From Acidimicrobiia bacterium (GTDB lineage: Bacteria > Acidobacteriota > Vicinamibacteria > Vicinamibacterales > UBA2999), in contig JAYQOO010000005.1 of the NCBI GenBank assembly GCA_038144855.1, positions 9,248 to 73,247 on the forward strand: DNA of 64,000 nucleotides, in the 5' to 3' direction. The notes beneath the pieces were generated by a model. The model was given only the letters and a program-made list of their open reading frames with translations. It did not search any database and had not been told where the DNA came from. How positions within the stretch are numbered: the stretch's first letter is position 1; every line of letters begins with the position of its first letter. Shown one piece after another: positions 19,283-28,815 of this stretch. The translations under genes were made by a program, and so were the position numbers.

Positions 19283-20328
19283 CGCGCCGACCACAGCTGC
19301 GCCACCGCATCGACCAGCGCCGCAGCGACGATCTTGTTGCCGTCGACGCTCAGATGCATGCGATCGAACGAGACGTCAGTATCAAGCAGGTCAATGCGTT
19401 TGCCCATCGAGACGTAGGCCACGCGCGAATCGTTGCCATAGTGCTCACGGATCATCGTGGCCAGCGCCTGTTGCTGCGACGCATGCGTTGGTGGACCGTC
19501 GGCGTCGGCGTTGGGCTGCCCGACCACCAGGACCCGCTTGCCCAATGACGTCGAGTACTGAACGGCGCGATTGACCGACTCGCAGTAGCTCGACCACGGA
19601 CTTGGGCACCCGAGCGTGCCGGCCGCGCGCGGGGCGTGCTGCGGATCCGCACCGACATGGCGGAACTGTCGTTCAAGACTGGCGGCAACGCTGGCGGCAG
19701 CTTCCAGCGCCGATGCTGAGGTGCGATCCGCGAGGCTCGGACGAAACGTGGTCCGGGTTTCGGACTGGTCGTAGCCGGACGCCACACTGCCCGTCCTCAG
19801 CATCAGGGCTTTCTCGCTAAGCCAGAGTGGGAGGATGGGAAAGTAGCCGGTTGCCCGGAATATAGGGGACTGTTGCCGGACGGTAACCTGGTTCGGACTC
19901 AGGTCACCAAGCAGGTCGTTGTAACCCTCGTACAGAATGACCAGGTCGAAATCAAGATAGCCAAACTGCTGCAGGTTCGGCAGGAATGCGAACGCCCCTT
20001 CGGTGTTGTAGCCGAGGTTGATCACCGACCATTTCTGTGGACCGTGCGCGGCGTTCAGGTCGTGCTCGAGTAACGCCGGAATCGACTCGTCGGCTCTGAC
20101 GCCGTATCCGAACACCGTGCTGCCGCCGAGCATGACTGCCCGAACTTCGCCCGCCTGCTTCCGGCCGGCGACAGGGCCTCGGTAGCCCCAGCGGTTCAAG
20201 CCCGCTGACCGCTCGGCGCGGTGGTGCAGATACAGATCGAGCCCGAGCGCGGCCACGATCGTGGCTACGAACGCGAGCGCGCTTGCCAGCAACGCAAACA
20301 CCACGAACTTCTTGCGCGCCACTGTCAT
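19279..20328 (-). CDS. membrane-anchored SGNH/GDSL-like hydrolase (start revised)
   Basis: MTVARKKFVVFALLASALAFVATIVAALGL anchor, then VMLGGSTVFGYGV (block I-like) and YEGYNDL (block III-like GxND). ATGA overlap at 20325-20328. Confidence 0.6.
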   Translation of the reverse strand: MTVARKKFVVFALLASALAFVATIVAALGLDLYLHHRAERSAGLNRWGYRGPVAGRKQAGEVRAVMLGGSTVFGYGVRADESIPALLEHDLNAAHGPQKWSVINLGYNTEGAFAFLPNLQQFGYLDFDLVILYEGYNDLLGDLSPNQVTVRQQSPIFRATGYFPILPLWLSEKALMLRTGSVASGYDQSETRTTFRPSLADRTSASALEAAASVAASLERQFRHVGADPQHAPRAAGTLGCPSPWSSYCESVNRAVQYSTSLGKRVLVVGQPNADADGPPTHASQQQALATMIREHYGNDSRVAYVSMGKRIDLLDTDVSFDRMHLSVDGNKIVAAALVDAVAQLWSAR

Positions 20329-22100
20329 GGTGCCGCCGGCACCTCGCGACGTGTGGTCGCAGTGACGAGCCGCACCGCGGCAATCGACGCCAGCAGGATC
20401 AGAAACGGCTCGAGCGGCACGCGGTGCCGATAGTTGGATTCCATGATCAGGTGCGGAATGGTCCGTGACACCAGCAACCCCGCGATCAGCCACACCCCGG
20501 CCGCCCGCGCGGGATCACGAAGACCGCGCAGCAACAGCAGGAATCCGCAAACGGTCAGCGCGTACACATACAGCCACACCGTGTAGTTGTATGCGGTGCC
20601 CTTACGCAGGAACACGAGATCGAAGCCGCCGTAGGACTGCGCGAAGAACTGCAGCGCGAAGTTCGATGCCCAGGCGCGGCCAAGCGTGCCGAGCACCTTG
20701 CCGGGTGATGCCACCAGCTGCGCCGCCGCGGCCCCGGGATCCGATAGGGGACCGACGATCTCGTCGCGCAGCCGGATGGGATCGGCCTCGCCTCGATAGA
20801 GGATGTCGAAGTGGTGACGCAGCTGGTCGCGCCGCTCGGCGCTGGCGACCTTGGGCACCGTGAGCGGCGCAATCGTCACCAGCGCCGTCAGACCGACCAG
20901 GCCTGCCGCCCGCCACGCTGGAAGCGACCAGGGATTCGCAAACCGGAACGGGATCCACACCAGCACGAACGCCAGGAAGAAGGTGACGGTTTCGCGGATC
21001 GCGATCGCGCCGCCGAACAATGCTCCGATCGCACACCACTGCCACCACGGCGTGGTCGGACCCGCCAGCTTCAGCAGCATCCACACCATCAGCAGGGTGA
21101 GGAACACATCAATCGCCTGATGGCCGATTGCCGCGGCCGCAAACAGCAGCGGAAAGCTGATGACCGTGAACCAGGCCGCGACCCTCGCAATCGTCACGCC
21201 GCACAACTGCTTCGCCACGTCGTAGAAGACCACACACGCCGCCGAGCCGATCACCGCCTGGATCGCACCGACCGCGAAATAGCTGTGACCGACCAGTGAG
21301 TAGATGCCGCTGACGAACCAGACGTAGCCAAGCAGCAACAGCGGGAAGCGGTTGGTGAACGACTCGCGGATGCCATGGCCCTGCGCGATCGACCACGCCA
21401 GCTCGTCATAGACTGGTCCGTCGGCGCCGGTCTCGAGATAGTTTGGGTTGCTCATCACCCGCTGCAGGTACAGCAGCCTCAGCGCCAGAGCGGCCGCGAA
21501 CATCACCACCAGCAACAGCGGCTCTCGCGCCAGCGCAGTCCGCGCGCCGCTCAGCAGCCGACCGGCGCGATCACGAACCGCGCGGTCGCCAAGCCACCAG
21601 GCGAGCGTGACGCCGCTGGCAATGGCCAGCAGCGCGACCGCGTCGGTCCTGGTGAAATACACCGCGAACAGCATCGTCGCGACGGCGACCGGTGCGGCGA
21701 ACGCGACCGAGTCACGCCACGTCAACGACGACCATGCCACTGCCACGGTGAGCGCCGCCAGGCAGAAGACGCGCCCGTAGATGCGATACGCATCGGCTGA
21801 AAACGCCAGCGGATCCGCCAGCAGCGGCACGAAGGCCGCCAGCAGCAGCAGCGCGTGCGTGACGAACGCGGCCAGCGTGGCGCGCGCCGCAATCGCACGC
21901 AGCGGCACGCCCAGCACCGACGCGACACACACCATCCAGACGCCGGCCGCGGCCCAATACGCGTACGGAAAGTGCACTTCGTTTGCGCCGGAGGACTGGA
22001 TGTAGAACACCAGCTCACCGCTGCCCGGAAACCACAGGACCAGTGCGGCGGCGGTGAGCGCGAGGCCCGCACCGGCGAGCGCCGCCATCATCTGCAGCAT
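20325..22100 (-). CDS. ArnT/PMT-like (GT-C) membrane glycosyltransferase candidate (start revised)
   Basis: MLQMMAALAGAGLALTAAAL... with many helices. The loop ETGADGPVYDELAWSIAQGHG is typical of the PMT_2/ArnT-like family. The ORF-track start at 22313 would run through the divergent gene. Confidence 0.6.
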   Translation of the reverse strand: MLQMMAALAGAGLALTAAALVLWFPGSGELVFYIQSSGANEVHFPYAYWAAAGVWMVCVASVLGVPLRAIAARATLAAFVTHALLLLAAFVPLLADPLAFSADAYRIYGRVFCLAALTVAVAWSSLTWRDSVAFAAPVAVATMLFAVYFTRTDAVALLAIASGVTLAWWLGDRAVRDRAGRLLSGARTALAREPLLLVVMFAAALALRLLYLQRVMSNPNYLETGADGPVYDELAWSIAQGHGIRESFTNRFPLLLLGYVWFVSGIYSLVGHSYFAVGAIQAVIGSAACVVFYDVAKQLCGVTIARVAAWFTVISFPLLFAAAAIGHQAIDVFLTLLMVWMLLKLAGPTTPWWQWCAIGALFGGAIAIRETVTFFLAFVLVWIPFRFANPWSLPAWRAAGLVGLTALVTIAPLTVPKVASAERRDQLRHHFDILYRGEADPIRLRDEIVGPLSDPGAAAAQLVASPGKVLGTLGRAWASNFALQFFAQSYGGFDLVFLRKGTAYNYTVWLYVYALTVCGFLLLLRGLRDPARAAGVWLIAGLLVSRTIPHLIMESNYRHRVPLEPFLILLASIAAVRLVTATTRREVPAAP

Positions 22101-22152
22101 CGGCGCTCTGCAGCCGTCGGTCGTGTCATGATAGCGGTCGCCCTTCGCCGAG

Positions 22153-23349
22153 ATGACGTCTCCAGCACAACCCTCGACCGTCGCGCGCGTGATCACACGC
22201 CTGAACATCGGAGGACCGTCGATCCAGGCGACACGCCTGACCAGCGCGCTCGAGGCGCATGGCTTCGCCTCGACGCTGCTGCACGGCCGCCTCGGCGACG
22301 GCGAAGGCGACATGCGCTACCTGATTCCGCACGGTGCCGACGCGCGCTATATCGACACCCTGTGCCGGCCGTTGTCGCCCCTGAACGACCTGCGTACGCT
22401 GCTGCGGCTGTACCGTGAATTCCGGGCGATCAAGCCCTCGATCGTGCACACGCACATGGCCAAGGCCGGCATGCTGGGCAGACTGGCGGCGCTGGCCTAC
22501 AACACGACGCGCGGATCGGCGCCGCGAGCGAAGGTCGTGCACACCTACCACGGTCACGTCCTCGACGGCTATTTCAGCCGGCTGATGACCGCGGTGTTCA
22601 TCAACATGGAACGCACCCTGGCCGCTCTTAGCGACCGCATCATCGCCATCTCCCCTGCGATTCGACAGGAGCTGCTCGATCACTATCGTATTGGCGCGGC
22701 GCCGCAGTACCGCGTGGTGCCGCTCGGCTTCGACCTGGCGCCGTTCGCGGCGGTCGACGATCGCGCCCGCAGTGACGCGCGGCACTCGCTCGGGCTGCCG
22801 GTCGACGCGAAGGTGGTCGCGACGGTCGGCCGGCTGACGGCGATCAAACAACATCGCTTGTTTCTCGATACCGTCAAGCGCGTGCTCCAACAGCATCCCG
22901 ACGCGGTTGCCGTGTTGGCTGGCGGCGGCGAACTCGAAGCCGACCTGCGCGACTACGCCGCGTCGCTCGGCATTGCCGATCACGTCCGCATGCTGGGCTG
23001 GCGCCGCGACCTGCCGGTGATTTACGCGGCTACCGACGTGTTCCTGCTGACGTCGAGAAACGAAGGCACCCCGGTCGCGTTGATCGAGGCGATGGCGTCC
23101 GGCGTTCCCGGGGTCAGCACCGCGGTCGGTGGCGTGACCGATGTGATCGGCGGTGCGGAGACCGGACGCACGGCGCCATTCGGTGATGCCGACGCCCTCG
23201 CCGATGCGGTCGGTGCGCTGCTGGCCGATCCGATCGGGCGTGTCGAGATGGGCCGCCGGGCGCGAGCTCGCGTGCTCGCCTTGTACGACATCGATCGTCT
23301 CGTCACCGATCTCGCCGCGCTCTACCGCGAGCTGCTCGCCGAGCCATAA
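22153..23349 (+). CDS. glycosyltransferase family 4
   Basis: Motifs VARVITRLNIGGPSIQATRL and LLTSRNEGTPVALIEAMASGVPGVSTAVGGV. Confidence 0.85.
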   Translation: MTSPAQPSTVARVITRLNIGGPSIQATRLTSALEAHGFASTLLHGRLGDGEGDMRYLIPHGADARYIDTLCRPLSPLNDLRTLLRLYREFRAIKPSIVHTHMAKAGMLGRLAALAYNTTRGSAPRAKVVHTYHGHVLDGYFSRLMTAVFINMERTLAALSDRIIAISPAIRQELLDHYRIGAAPQYRVVPLGFDLAPFAAVDDRARSDARHSLGLPVDAKVVATVGRLTAIKQHRLFLDTVKRVLQQHPDAVAVLAGGGELEADLRDYAASLGIADHVRMLGWRRDLPVIYAATDVFLLTSRNEGTPVALIEAMASGVPGVSTAVGGVTDVIGGAETGRTAPFGDADALADAVGALLADPIGRVEMGRRARARVLALYDIDRLVTDLAALYRELLAEP

Positions 23350-23361
23350 GATACAGCGCCC

Positions 23362-24729
23362 ATGTCCCGCCGCGCCGCCATCGTCATCACGCTCGTCGCG
23401 CTCACCCACGCCGCGCTCTACATCGTCTACCAGCAGGGCGAGTGGCGAGCGGGACGCGCGTGGACCGATCAGATCGGCTACCAGCGCCTCGGCGCCAGCC
23501 TGGCGACGACTGGTACCTTCACGCGCTACGCCGACAGCGACACCTTCGTACCCGAAGTCATTCGCACGCCGGGGTACCCGGTCTTTGTGGCGGCGGTCTA
23601 CGCCGTGTTTGGCGTCGACAACGACATGGCCGTGGCCATCGCGCAGGCCTTGGTGTTCGCCGCGATTTGCTGGCTGGTGTTCCGGCTGACCCGTCGCGCC
23701 GCCAACCAGCGAGCCGCGTTGGCCGCCGCCGCCATGACGTCGCTGTACTCGCCCCTGCCGTACTTCGGCTCGCTGATCGTGACCGAGCTGTGGACGACGT
23801 TCGTTGCCACGGCGGCGATCCTGGTCTGCCTGCGCGCCGTGCAACAGGGCCGCCTCGCCGACTACGCCGCCGGCGGCGTGCTGTTCAGCGCCACCACGCT
23901 GGTGCGACCCGCGTTTGTGCTGATGCCATTCTTCTTCGCGATTGCCGTGCCCATCCTCGTGCGCTCGCAGCGAACGCCGCGTGCGCGCCAGGGCTGGCTG
24001 TTGCTGGTCGCCGCCAGCATCGTGACGTTGCTGCCGTGGTTCGCCTACAACTATGTCAACCTCGGGCAGGTGACGCTCTCGCCCGCCGGCGGCATCGGAC
24101 GCGGCCTGTGGGAAGGCACCTGGCAGGGTCGGTGGCGTGGCGCCCTTCAAGCCGAACTCACTCTGCTCGCCGAAACGACCGCCGACCGCAACCAGTTGAA
24201 TCGCGCCGTCGAAGCGCGTGCCGCACAGGCGGGGCTGCCTGCCGAGCCGATGCTGCAGTACGTCAACGAATGGCGCGACATTCGCGCCATCTGGGAGACG
24301 CCCACCGATCCCGCTGAACGCGCCACGGCGCGCGTCGCAGCGGATCGCGAGTATCTCAGCCACGCCCTCGCTAACATTCGCCAGGATCCGATCGGTCACG
24401 CGCGCCGGCGCCTGACCCGCGGCGTGTTCGTGCTGTGGGCCGCCGAGGTTCCGGTGCGATACGGCGACATCAACGACCTGCCGCCAATCGCCATCCGCAC
24501 GATGTGGGTAGTGCAAGTGATCCTGCTGGGCCTGGCCGTGATCGGCGCAGTGCAGCTGGCGCGCCACGGCCGATGGCTCGAGGCCGTGATGCTGGCGCTG
24601 CCAATTCTCTACGTAACCGGTGTGCACTTGCCGTTGCTGTGTGAGGCGCGCCAATCGCTGCCGGTGAAACCCGTTGTGCTGGCGTTGGCGGGAATCGCCG
24701 TTACTTCCCGGCGAAACGCAGCTTCATGA
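23362..24729 (+). CDS. ArnT/PMT-like (GT-C) membrane glycosyltransferase candidate
   Basis: DQIGYQRLGASLATTGTFTRY...RTPGYPVFVAAVYAVFG followed by about 10 helices. This resembles the dolichyl-phosphate-mannose/ArnT-like family. Confidence 0.65.
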   Translation: MSRRAAIVITLVALTHAALYIVYQQGEWRAGRAWTDQIGYQRLGASLATTGTFTRYADSDTFVPEVIRTPGYPVFVAAVYAVFGVDNDMAVAIAQALVFAAICWLVFRLTRRAANQRAALAAAAMTSLYSPLPYFGSLIVTELWTTFVATAAILVCLRAVQQGRLADYAAGGVLFSATTLVRPAFVLMPFFFAIAVPILVRSQRTPRARQGWLLLVAASIVTLLPWFAYNYVNLGQVTLSPAGGIGRGLWEGTWQGRWRGALQAELTLLAETTADRNQLNRAVEARAAQAGLPAEPMLQYVNEWRDIRAIWETPTDPAERATARVAADREYLSHALANIRQDPIGHARRRLTRGVFVLWAAEVPVRYGDINDLPPIAIRTMWVVQVILLGLAVIGAVQLARHGRWLEAVMLALPILYVTGVHLPLLCEARQSLPVKPVVLALAGIAVTSRRNAAS

Positions 24730-26137
24730 ACTCGAGCATCTCCGCGACCCAGACGCGGCCATCGACACCTTTCTGCTCGATGTGATCGGCGACCTGGAAG
24801 CCGAGGCCGACGTTGTCGTCCATGCTGTTGTTCAGGAACAGCCCGTGGCGGCCGAGCGTCATCACGTTGCGCATGGCGTGCACGCCTTCGAGCACGGGGA
24901 TCAGGTGGTCCTCGAAATTCAGTTCGTAGACCGGGTAGGCCGTGGGGATGTCGGTGATGTAGTAGACGTCGACCTCTGATTCCGTGACGCCGTAGCCCAT
25001 CTTCATCAGGTCGCGCAGCGCCAGCTTGTAGATCTCTTCGTCGCCGGCCTTCCCCAGCGGCTCGTCCTTCCACAGCGACAGTTCGATGCAGAGGATGGTG
25101 CGATCCTTCGGCACCATGTCTGGACTGACGTTCTTCTGCTCCGACATGCGGTTGACGCGGAACTGTTCGTCGAGCAGATAGACCCAGTGGTAGTCGGTCA
25201 GCCGTTCGCGCTTGAGCGCGATGTAGATCAACTTCAGGCTGCGATACCTGAGCCTGGCGGCATGATCGACGACGGCCTGGGGCAATGCCGGCGACGTGAT
25301 GTTGACCAGGCCCGGCAGCGGCAACGTCGACAGCACCGCATCGCAGTCGATCGACTGCTCGGTCTCTCCGGACGTGTAGATCACGCGACGAACCATGTCG
25401 CCGTCGCGCTCAACCCTCACCACCGGCGAGTTGAGCAGGATGGTGTTGCCGGCATCCGTGACTTCCTTGGCCATGCCTTCGTAGAGGCGGCTGATGCCGG
25501 CGCGCGGGTAAAAATACTTCGTGAAGTAGGTGGTCGGATCGGCCTTGATGCCGAGGGTGCGCAGGATGATGTTCTTGAGATTCAGCTTGGCAACGCGCTG
25601 CGCCTGTTTCGATGAGATCTGGCTGGTCGGCAGGCCCCACACCTTCGCCGAGTACTTGCCAAAGCACAGGTCGTACAAGGTGCGGCCAAGATTGGTCACG
25701 CCCCAGTCTTCGAACGAGTCTTCCTTCTTCGCTGGCGCAAACAGCGACTTGATCGTCGCGATCGAATAGTCGAACAGGATCCGCGCGGACAGCAGCGGGC
25801 TGACACCAAACAGCACCTGCAGGATCTCGAGTGGATAGACGTATTCCTTGCCGTGCAGCAGCACGCGGGTGCCACGCACCAGCGTCAGCGGATCCTCGCC
25901 GAAGAACGGCGTGATCGTCTTGAGAATCTCCTTGCTCTCGGCGGTCTCGCGAATGTGAAACGTATGCGGACCGAAGTCGACGGAATAGTCGCCAACCTTG
26001 ATGGTGCGGCCCATGCCGCCCACCGCACCGTCGCGCTCGAGCACCGTCACGGGGTATCCAAGCTTGGTCAGCCGCCACGCCGCCGAAATGCCGGCGGGGC
26101 CGGCGCCAAGAATGATGATTCGTTGCTTTGCGCTCAT
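24701..26137 (-). CDS. FAD/NAD(P)-dependent oxidoreductase (amine-oxidase / phytoene-desaturase-like fold)
   Basis: Dinucleotide motif RIIILGAGPAGISAAWRLTKLGYPVTVLERDGAVGGMGRT. Convergent 29-nt overlap with 23362-24729. Confidence 0.8.
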   Translation of the reverse strand: MSAKQRIIILGAGPAGISAAWRLTKLGYPVTVLERDGAVGGMGRTIKVGDYSVDFGPHTFHIRETAESKEILKTITPFFGEDPLTLVRGTRVLLHGKEYVYPLEILQVLFGVSPLLSARILFDYSIATIKSLFAPAKKEDSFEDWGVTNLGRTLYDLCFGKYSAKVWGLPTSQISSKQAQRVAKLNLKNIILRTLGIKADPTTYFTKYFYPRAGISRLYEGMAKEVTDAGNTILLNSPVVRVERDGDMVRRVIYTSGETEQSIDCDAVLSTLPLPGLVNITSPALPQAVVDHAARLRYRSLKLIYIALKRERLTDYHWVYLLDEQFRVNRMSEQKNVSPDMVPKDRTILCIELSLWKDEPLGKAGDEEIYKLALRDLMKMGYGVTESEVDVYYITDIPTAYPVYELNFEDHLIPVLEGVHAMRNVMTLGRHGLFLNNSMDDNVGLGFQVADHIEQKGVDGRVWVAEMLEFMKLRFAGK

Positions 26138-27063
26138 CCGCGTCCCTGATCCCTGAAGTGCGCTCGCAGGCGCTCGAGGCCGGCGTCGAACGTCACCGAC
26201 GGTGCCACCCCGAACCGCTCGCGCATGGTTGCGTCCACGGATCGGAATTCGATGTATTCGGGCACGTGGCCCTCGTGACGGATCGTCACCTCGGCACCAA
26301 CGGCCTTCGCCATGGCGTTGACCACGTCGTTGACGCTGATCGGCGCGCCCGACGCGAAGTCGACGGTGAGCCGTTCGCCCCTGGCCTTCACCAACGCCAG
26401 AAACCCATCGACCGCATCGTCGACGTACATGAAGTCGATCAAGTTGTTGCCGTCGCCACGCACGACGAACTCACGCTGGCCGGCTTCCATGCCTTCCAGC
26501 CACCGGGTGGTGATCTTGCGTGCCGCCTCGTACGGGCCGTAGGCGCCAAAGAAGCGCACGTTCACGTAACTGCCAACGGTCTTGCGGTGCTCAGCGAAGA
26601 AGCGCAGGTATTGCTCGGACGCCAGCTTGGAGATCGCGTACGGCAATCTCGGCGCCACGGCGGTGGCGGGCGTCACTTCCCCGCGCAGGCCGTCGTAGAC
26701 CGCGCCTGACGACACATAGACCACGTGATCGGCGGGACACTGTTCGAGGGTGTTCACGAAGGCCACGGTGTTGGATTCGAGATCCCACCGCGGCCGCTTC
26801 GCAGAGACGGCTGGGTCACCGTTGGCCGCGAGATAGAGCATCGCGTCCGGTTTGGCGGCAATGGTCCGGGCCATGGCCGACACGTCCGCAGCAGACATCA
26901 GGTCACACTTCACCGGGGTCACGTTCGTCAGGCCATGACGCTTGACGAATGCCTCCAGCCCCGGCGTCGAGTGATAGACCGCGTAGATCGACCACTCGCG
27001 CGGCGCGCGCAGCAGCACGTTGTGCCCAATGAATCCCGACGCCCCTGTAACAACGACTCGCAT
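26134..27063 (-). CDS. NAD-dependent epimerase/dehydratase (SDR)
   Basis: MRVVVTGASGFIGHNVLL. ATGA overlap with the upstream gene (26134-26137). Confidence 0.8.
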   Translation of the reverse strand: MRVVVTGASGFIGHNVLLRAPREWSIYAVYHSTPGLEAFVKRHGLTNVTPVKCDLMSAADVSAMARTIAAKPDAMLYLAANGDPAVSAKRPRWDLESNTVAFVNTLEQCPADHVVYVSSGAVYDGLRGEVTPATAVAPRLPYAISKLASEQYLRFFAEHRKTVGSYVNVRFFGAYGPYEAARKITTRWLEGMEAGQREFVVRGDGNNLIDFMYVDDAVDGFLALVKARGERLTVDFASGAPISVNDVVNAMAKAVGAEVTIRHEGHVPEYIEFRSVDATMRERFGVAPSVTFDAGLERLRAHFRDQGRG

Positions 27064-27070
27064 ATCCCTA

Positions 27071-27094
27071 TTCGCCTGTTCGCCTGTTCGCCTA
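27071..27094. repeat. octamer tandem repeat TTCGCCTG x3 filling the spacer between two SDR genes
   Basis: TTCGCCTG TTCGCCTG TTCGCCTA. The last unit contains the upstream gene's TAG. The downstream ATG is 8 nt away. Confidence 0.85.
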
Positions 27095-28066
27095 CTTCTT
27101 CCCCGCCACCGCGTCGTAGTTCTCGCGATACCAGGCCACCGCCTGCGACACGCCGGCCTCGAGCGATACCGTCGGACGGTAGCCGAGCAGCGTCATCGCC
27201 TTGTCGATCGCGGGGACGCGCAGTTCGACCTCCGGTCCCGGGTGCGGCTTGAAGACGATTTCAGACTTCGAGTTGGTGAGGCGGATGATCAGGTTCGCGA
27301 GTTCGAAGTTGGTCGCCGTGCCCTGCGGGTTGCCGATGTTGAAGGCGTGACCAATCGCGGCCGGGTTCTCGCAGCAGCGCAGCACGCCATCGCAGAAGTC
27401 GGTCACGAAGCACCACGAACGGATCTGCGTGCCGTCGTTGTAGAGCGTGATCGGCAGGTCGCGAAGCGCCTGCAGCGTCATGCCGCGGATGGCGCCGTCA
27501 CCGACCTGGCGCGGACCGTAGACGTTGAAGGGACGAACGATCGCGAGCGGCAGCTTGTCTTCGCGGTAGTGCGCGTACGACAGATGTTCCGACGCCAGCT
27601 TGCTGGCGGCGTAGACCCAGCGGCTTTCACCGATCGGACCGATCGGCGTGAAGTCGTCTTCCTTCCCCTTGTGGATGAACGAACCGTAGACCTCGCTGGT
27701 CGAGAACTCCACGAACCGCTCGACGCCGACTTCGAGCGCCGCCTTCACGACCTGGTGCGTGCCGAGCATGTTCACTTCCATGGTCCGCACGGCGCTGCGG
27801 TCGACGGTGTAGACCCCGGCGATGGCCGCGCAATGAATCACCACCTGGCAACCGTCAATCGCCTGCCGCACGCCCGCGAAGTCGAGCACGTCGCCCTTGA
27901 TGAAGGTCAGGTTCTTGTGACCTTCAAGGTGCGCGAACTGCAGGGCGTTGCGATGCAGGTTGTCGAACACCACCACCTGGTTGTGCTCGACGAGCTGGGA
28001 CACGAGGTGCGAACCGATAAAACCGGCACCACCGGTGACAAAGATGCGCTTATTGGTCAGAGCCAT
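27092..28066 (-). CDS. NAD-dependent nucleotide-sugar epimerase/dehydratase (SDR)
   Basis: KRIFVTGGAGFIGSHLVSQLV...YAASKLASEHL (YxxxK). Confidence 0.85.
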   Translation of the reverse strand: MALTNKRIFVTGGAGFIGSHLVSQLVEHNQVVVFDNLHRNALQFAHLEGHKNLTFIKGDVLDFAGVRQAIDGCQVVIHCAAIAGVYTVDRSAVRTMEVNMLGTHQVVKAALEVGVERFVEFSTSEVYGSFIHKGKEDDFTPIGPIGESRWVYAASKLASEHLSYAHYREDKLPLAIVRPFNVYGPRQVGDGAIRGMTLQALRDLPITLYNDGTQIRSWCFVTDFCDGVLRCCENPAAIGHAFNIGNPQGTATNFELANLIIRLTNSKSEIVFKPHPGPEVELRVPAIDKAMTLLGYRPTVSLEAGVSQAVAWYRENYDAVAGKK

Positions 28067-28078
28067 GAATCAAATGCC

Positions 28079-28792
28079 TCAGGAATGTTTGCCGTTCGTC
28101 GTCGTGCGTGGAGTCGACCGCAGGCGCTTCGGCGCGGTTTCGGGCTCCTTGCGCAGCGGGAATTGCTTGTCTTTCGGAACGTCGGCGCGGGCCAGATCCG
28201 CCGTGGGTTGCCCCGATCGGTCGAGCGTGGCGACGATCATCAAGTCGTATTCAACGTCGCCGTGAGCCGCGATCGGCCGCACCGGCATGCCGAGAAATTC
28301 GCGACCGCCATCCTGGTCGAAGATCGCCACCGGTTCCAGGCCCGATTCCTTCAGCGACAGGTATGCCAGTTCGGCGGCTTCGCCGGTGCCGTAGATCGCC
28401 ACCCGCTTGCCGGCCGCCGCGCAATCCTGCATCGCCTCCCGCAGGTGCTGGCGAACCTCGCCGTAAAGGTGGAGCGAATAGTCCATGAACTCGTACGTCA
28501 ACCGGGCCTTCTCGGCGATGCCACGAGGCGTGATCAGGTACGAGATGCGGTTGGGCTGAACGTTGACGCACTTGATGTAGCCCTTGTGGATCATCCGCTT
28601 CAGGTAGATGTTGGCGAGCCCCAGGGCGATGCCCAGTTGACTGGCCAGGCCGCGCTGGGTGACGCGCGAGTCCTCGTGCACGGCCTCCAGCAGTCGCAGG
28701 TCGCGATGTGCTTCGACGTCCATGGCTTTCACGTTCTGTCTTACGTTGTCGTTCAAGGACTTAGCGCCCGCCGGAAGCGGGCAGGACTTCAT
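28079..28792 (-). CDS. winged-helix (MarR-like, EPS-associated) regulator with a C-terminal Rossmann-like domain
   Basis: LLEAVHEDSRVTQRGLASQLGIALGLANIYLKRMIHKGYIK (wHTH), then GKRVAIYGTGEAAELAYLSLKESGLEPVAIFD. An alternative start is the ATG at 28723 (MDVEAHRDL). Confidence 0.65.
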   Translation of the reverse strand: MKSCPLPAGAKSLNDNVRQNVKAMDVEAHRDLRLLEAVHEDSRVTQRGLASQLGIALGLANIYLKRMIHKGYIKCVNVQPNRISYLITPRGIAEKARLTYEFMDYSLHLYGEVRQHLREAMQDCAAAGKRVAIYGTGEAAELAYLSLKESGLEPVAIFDQDGGREFLGMPVRPIAAHGDVEYDLMIVATLDRSGQPTADLARADVPKDKQFPLRKEPETAPKRLRSTPRTTTNGKHS

Positions 28793-28815
28793 GACACTGG
28801 CGAGGCGAAGCCTCG

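Noticed and set aside
22126-24654. 842-aa minus-strand ORF, the longest in the track.
   Set aside because: It is antisense to two well-supported plus-strand genes (a GT4 with the EAMASGVPGV motif and an ArnT/PMT-like protein). Its translation is Arg/Gly/His/Asp-rich with no recognisable motif. This is a typical high-GC antisense open frame.
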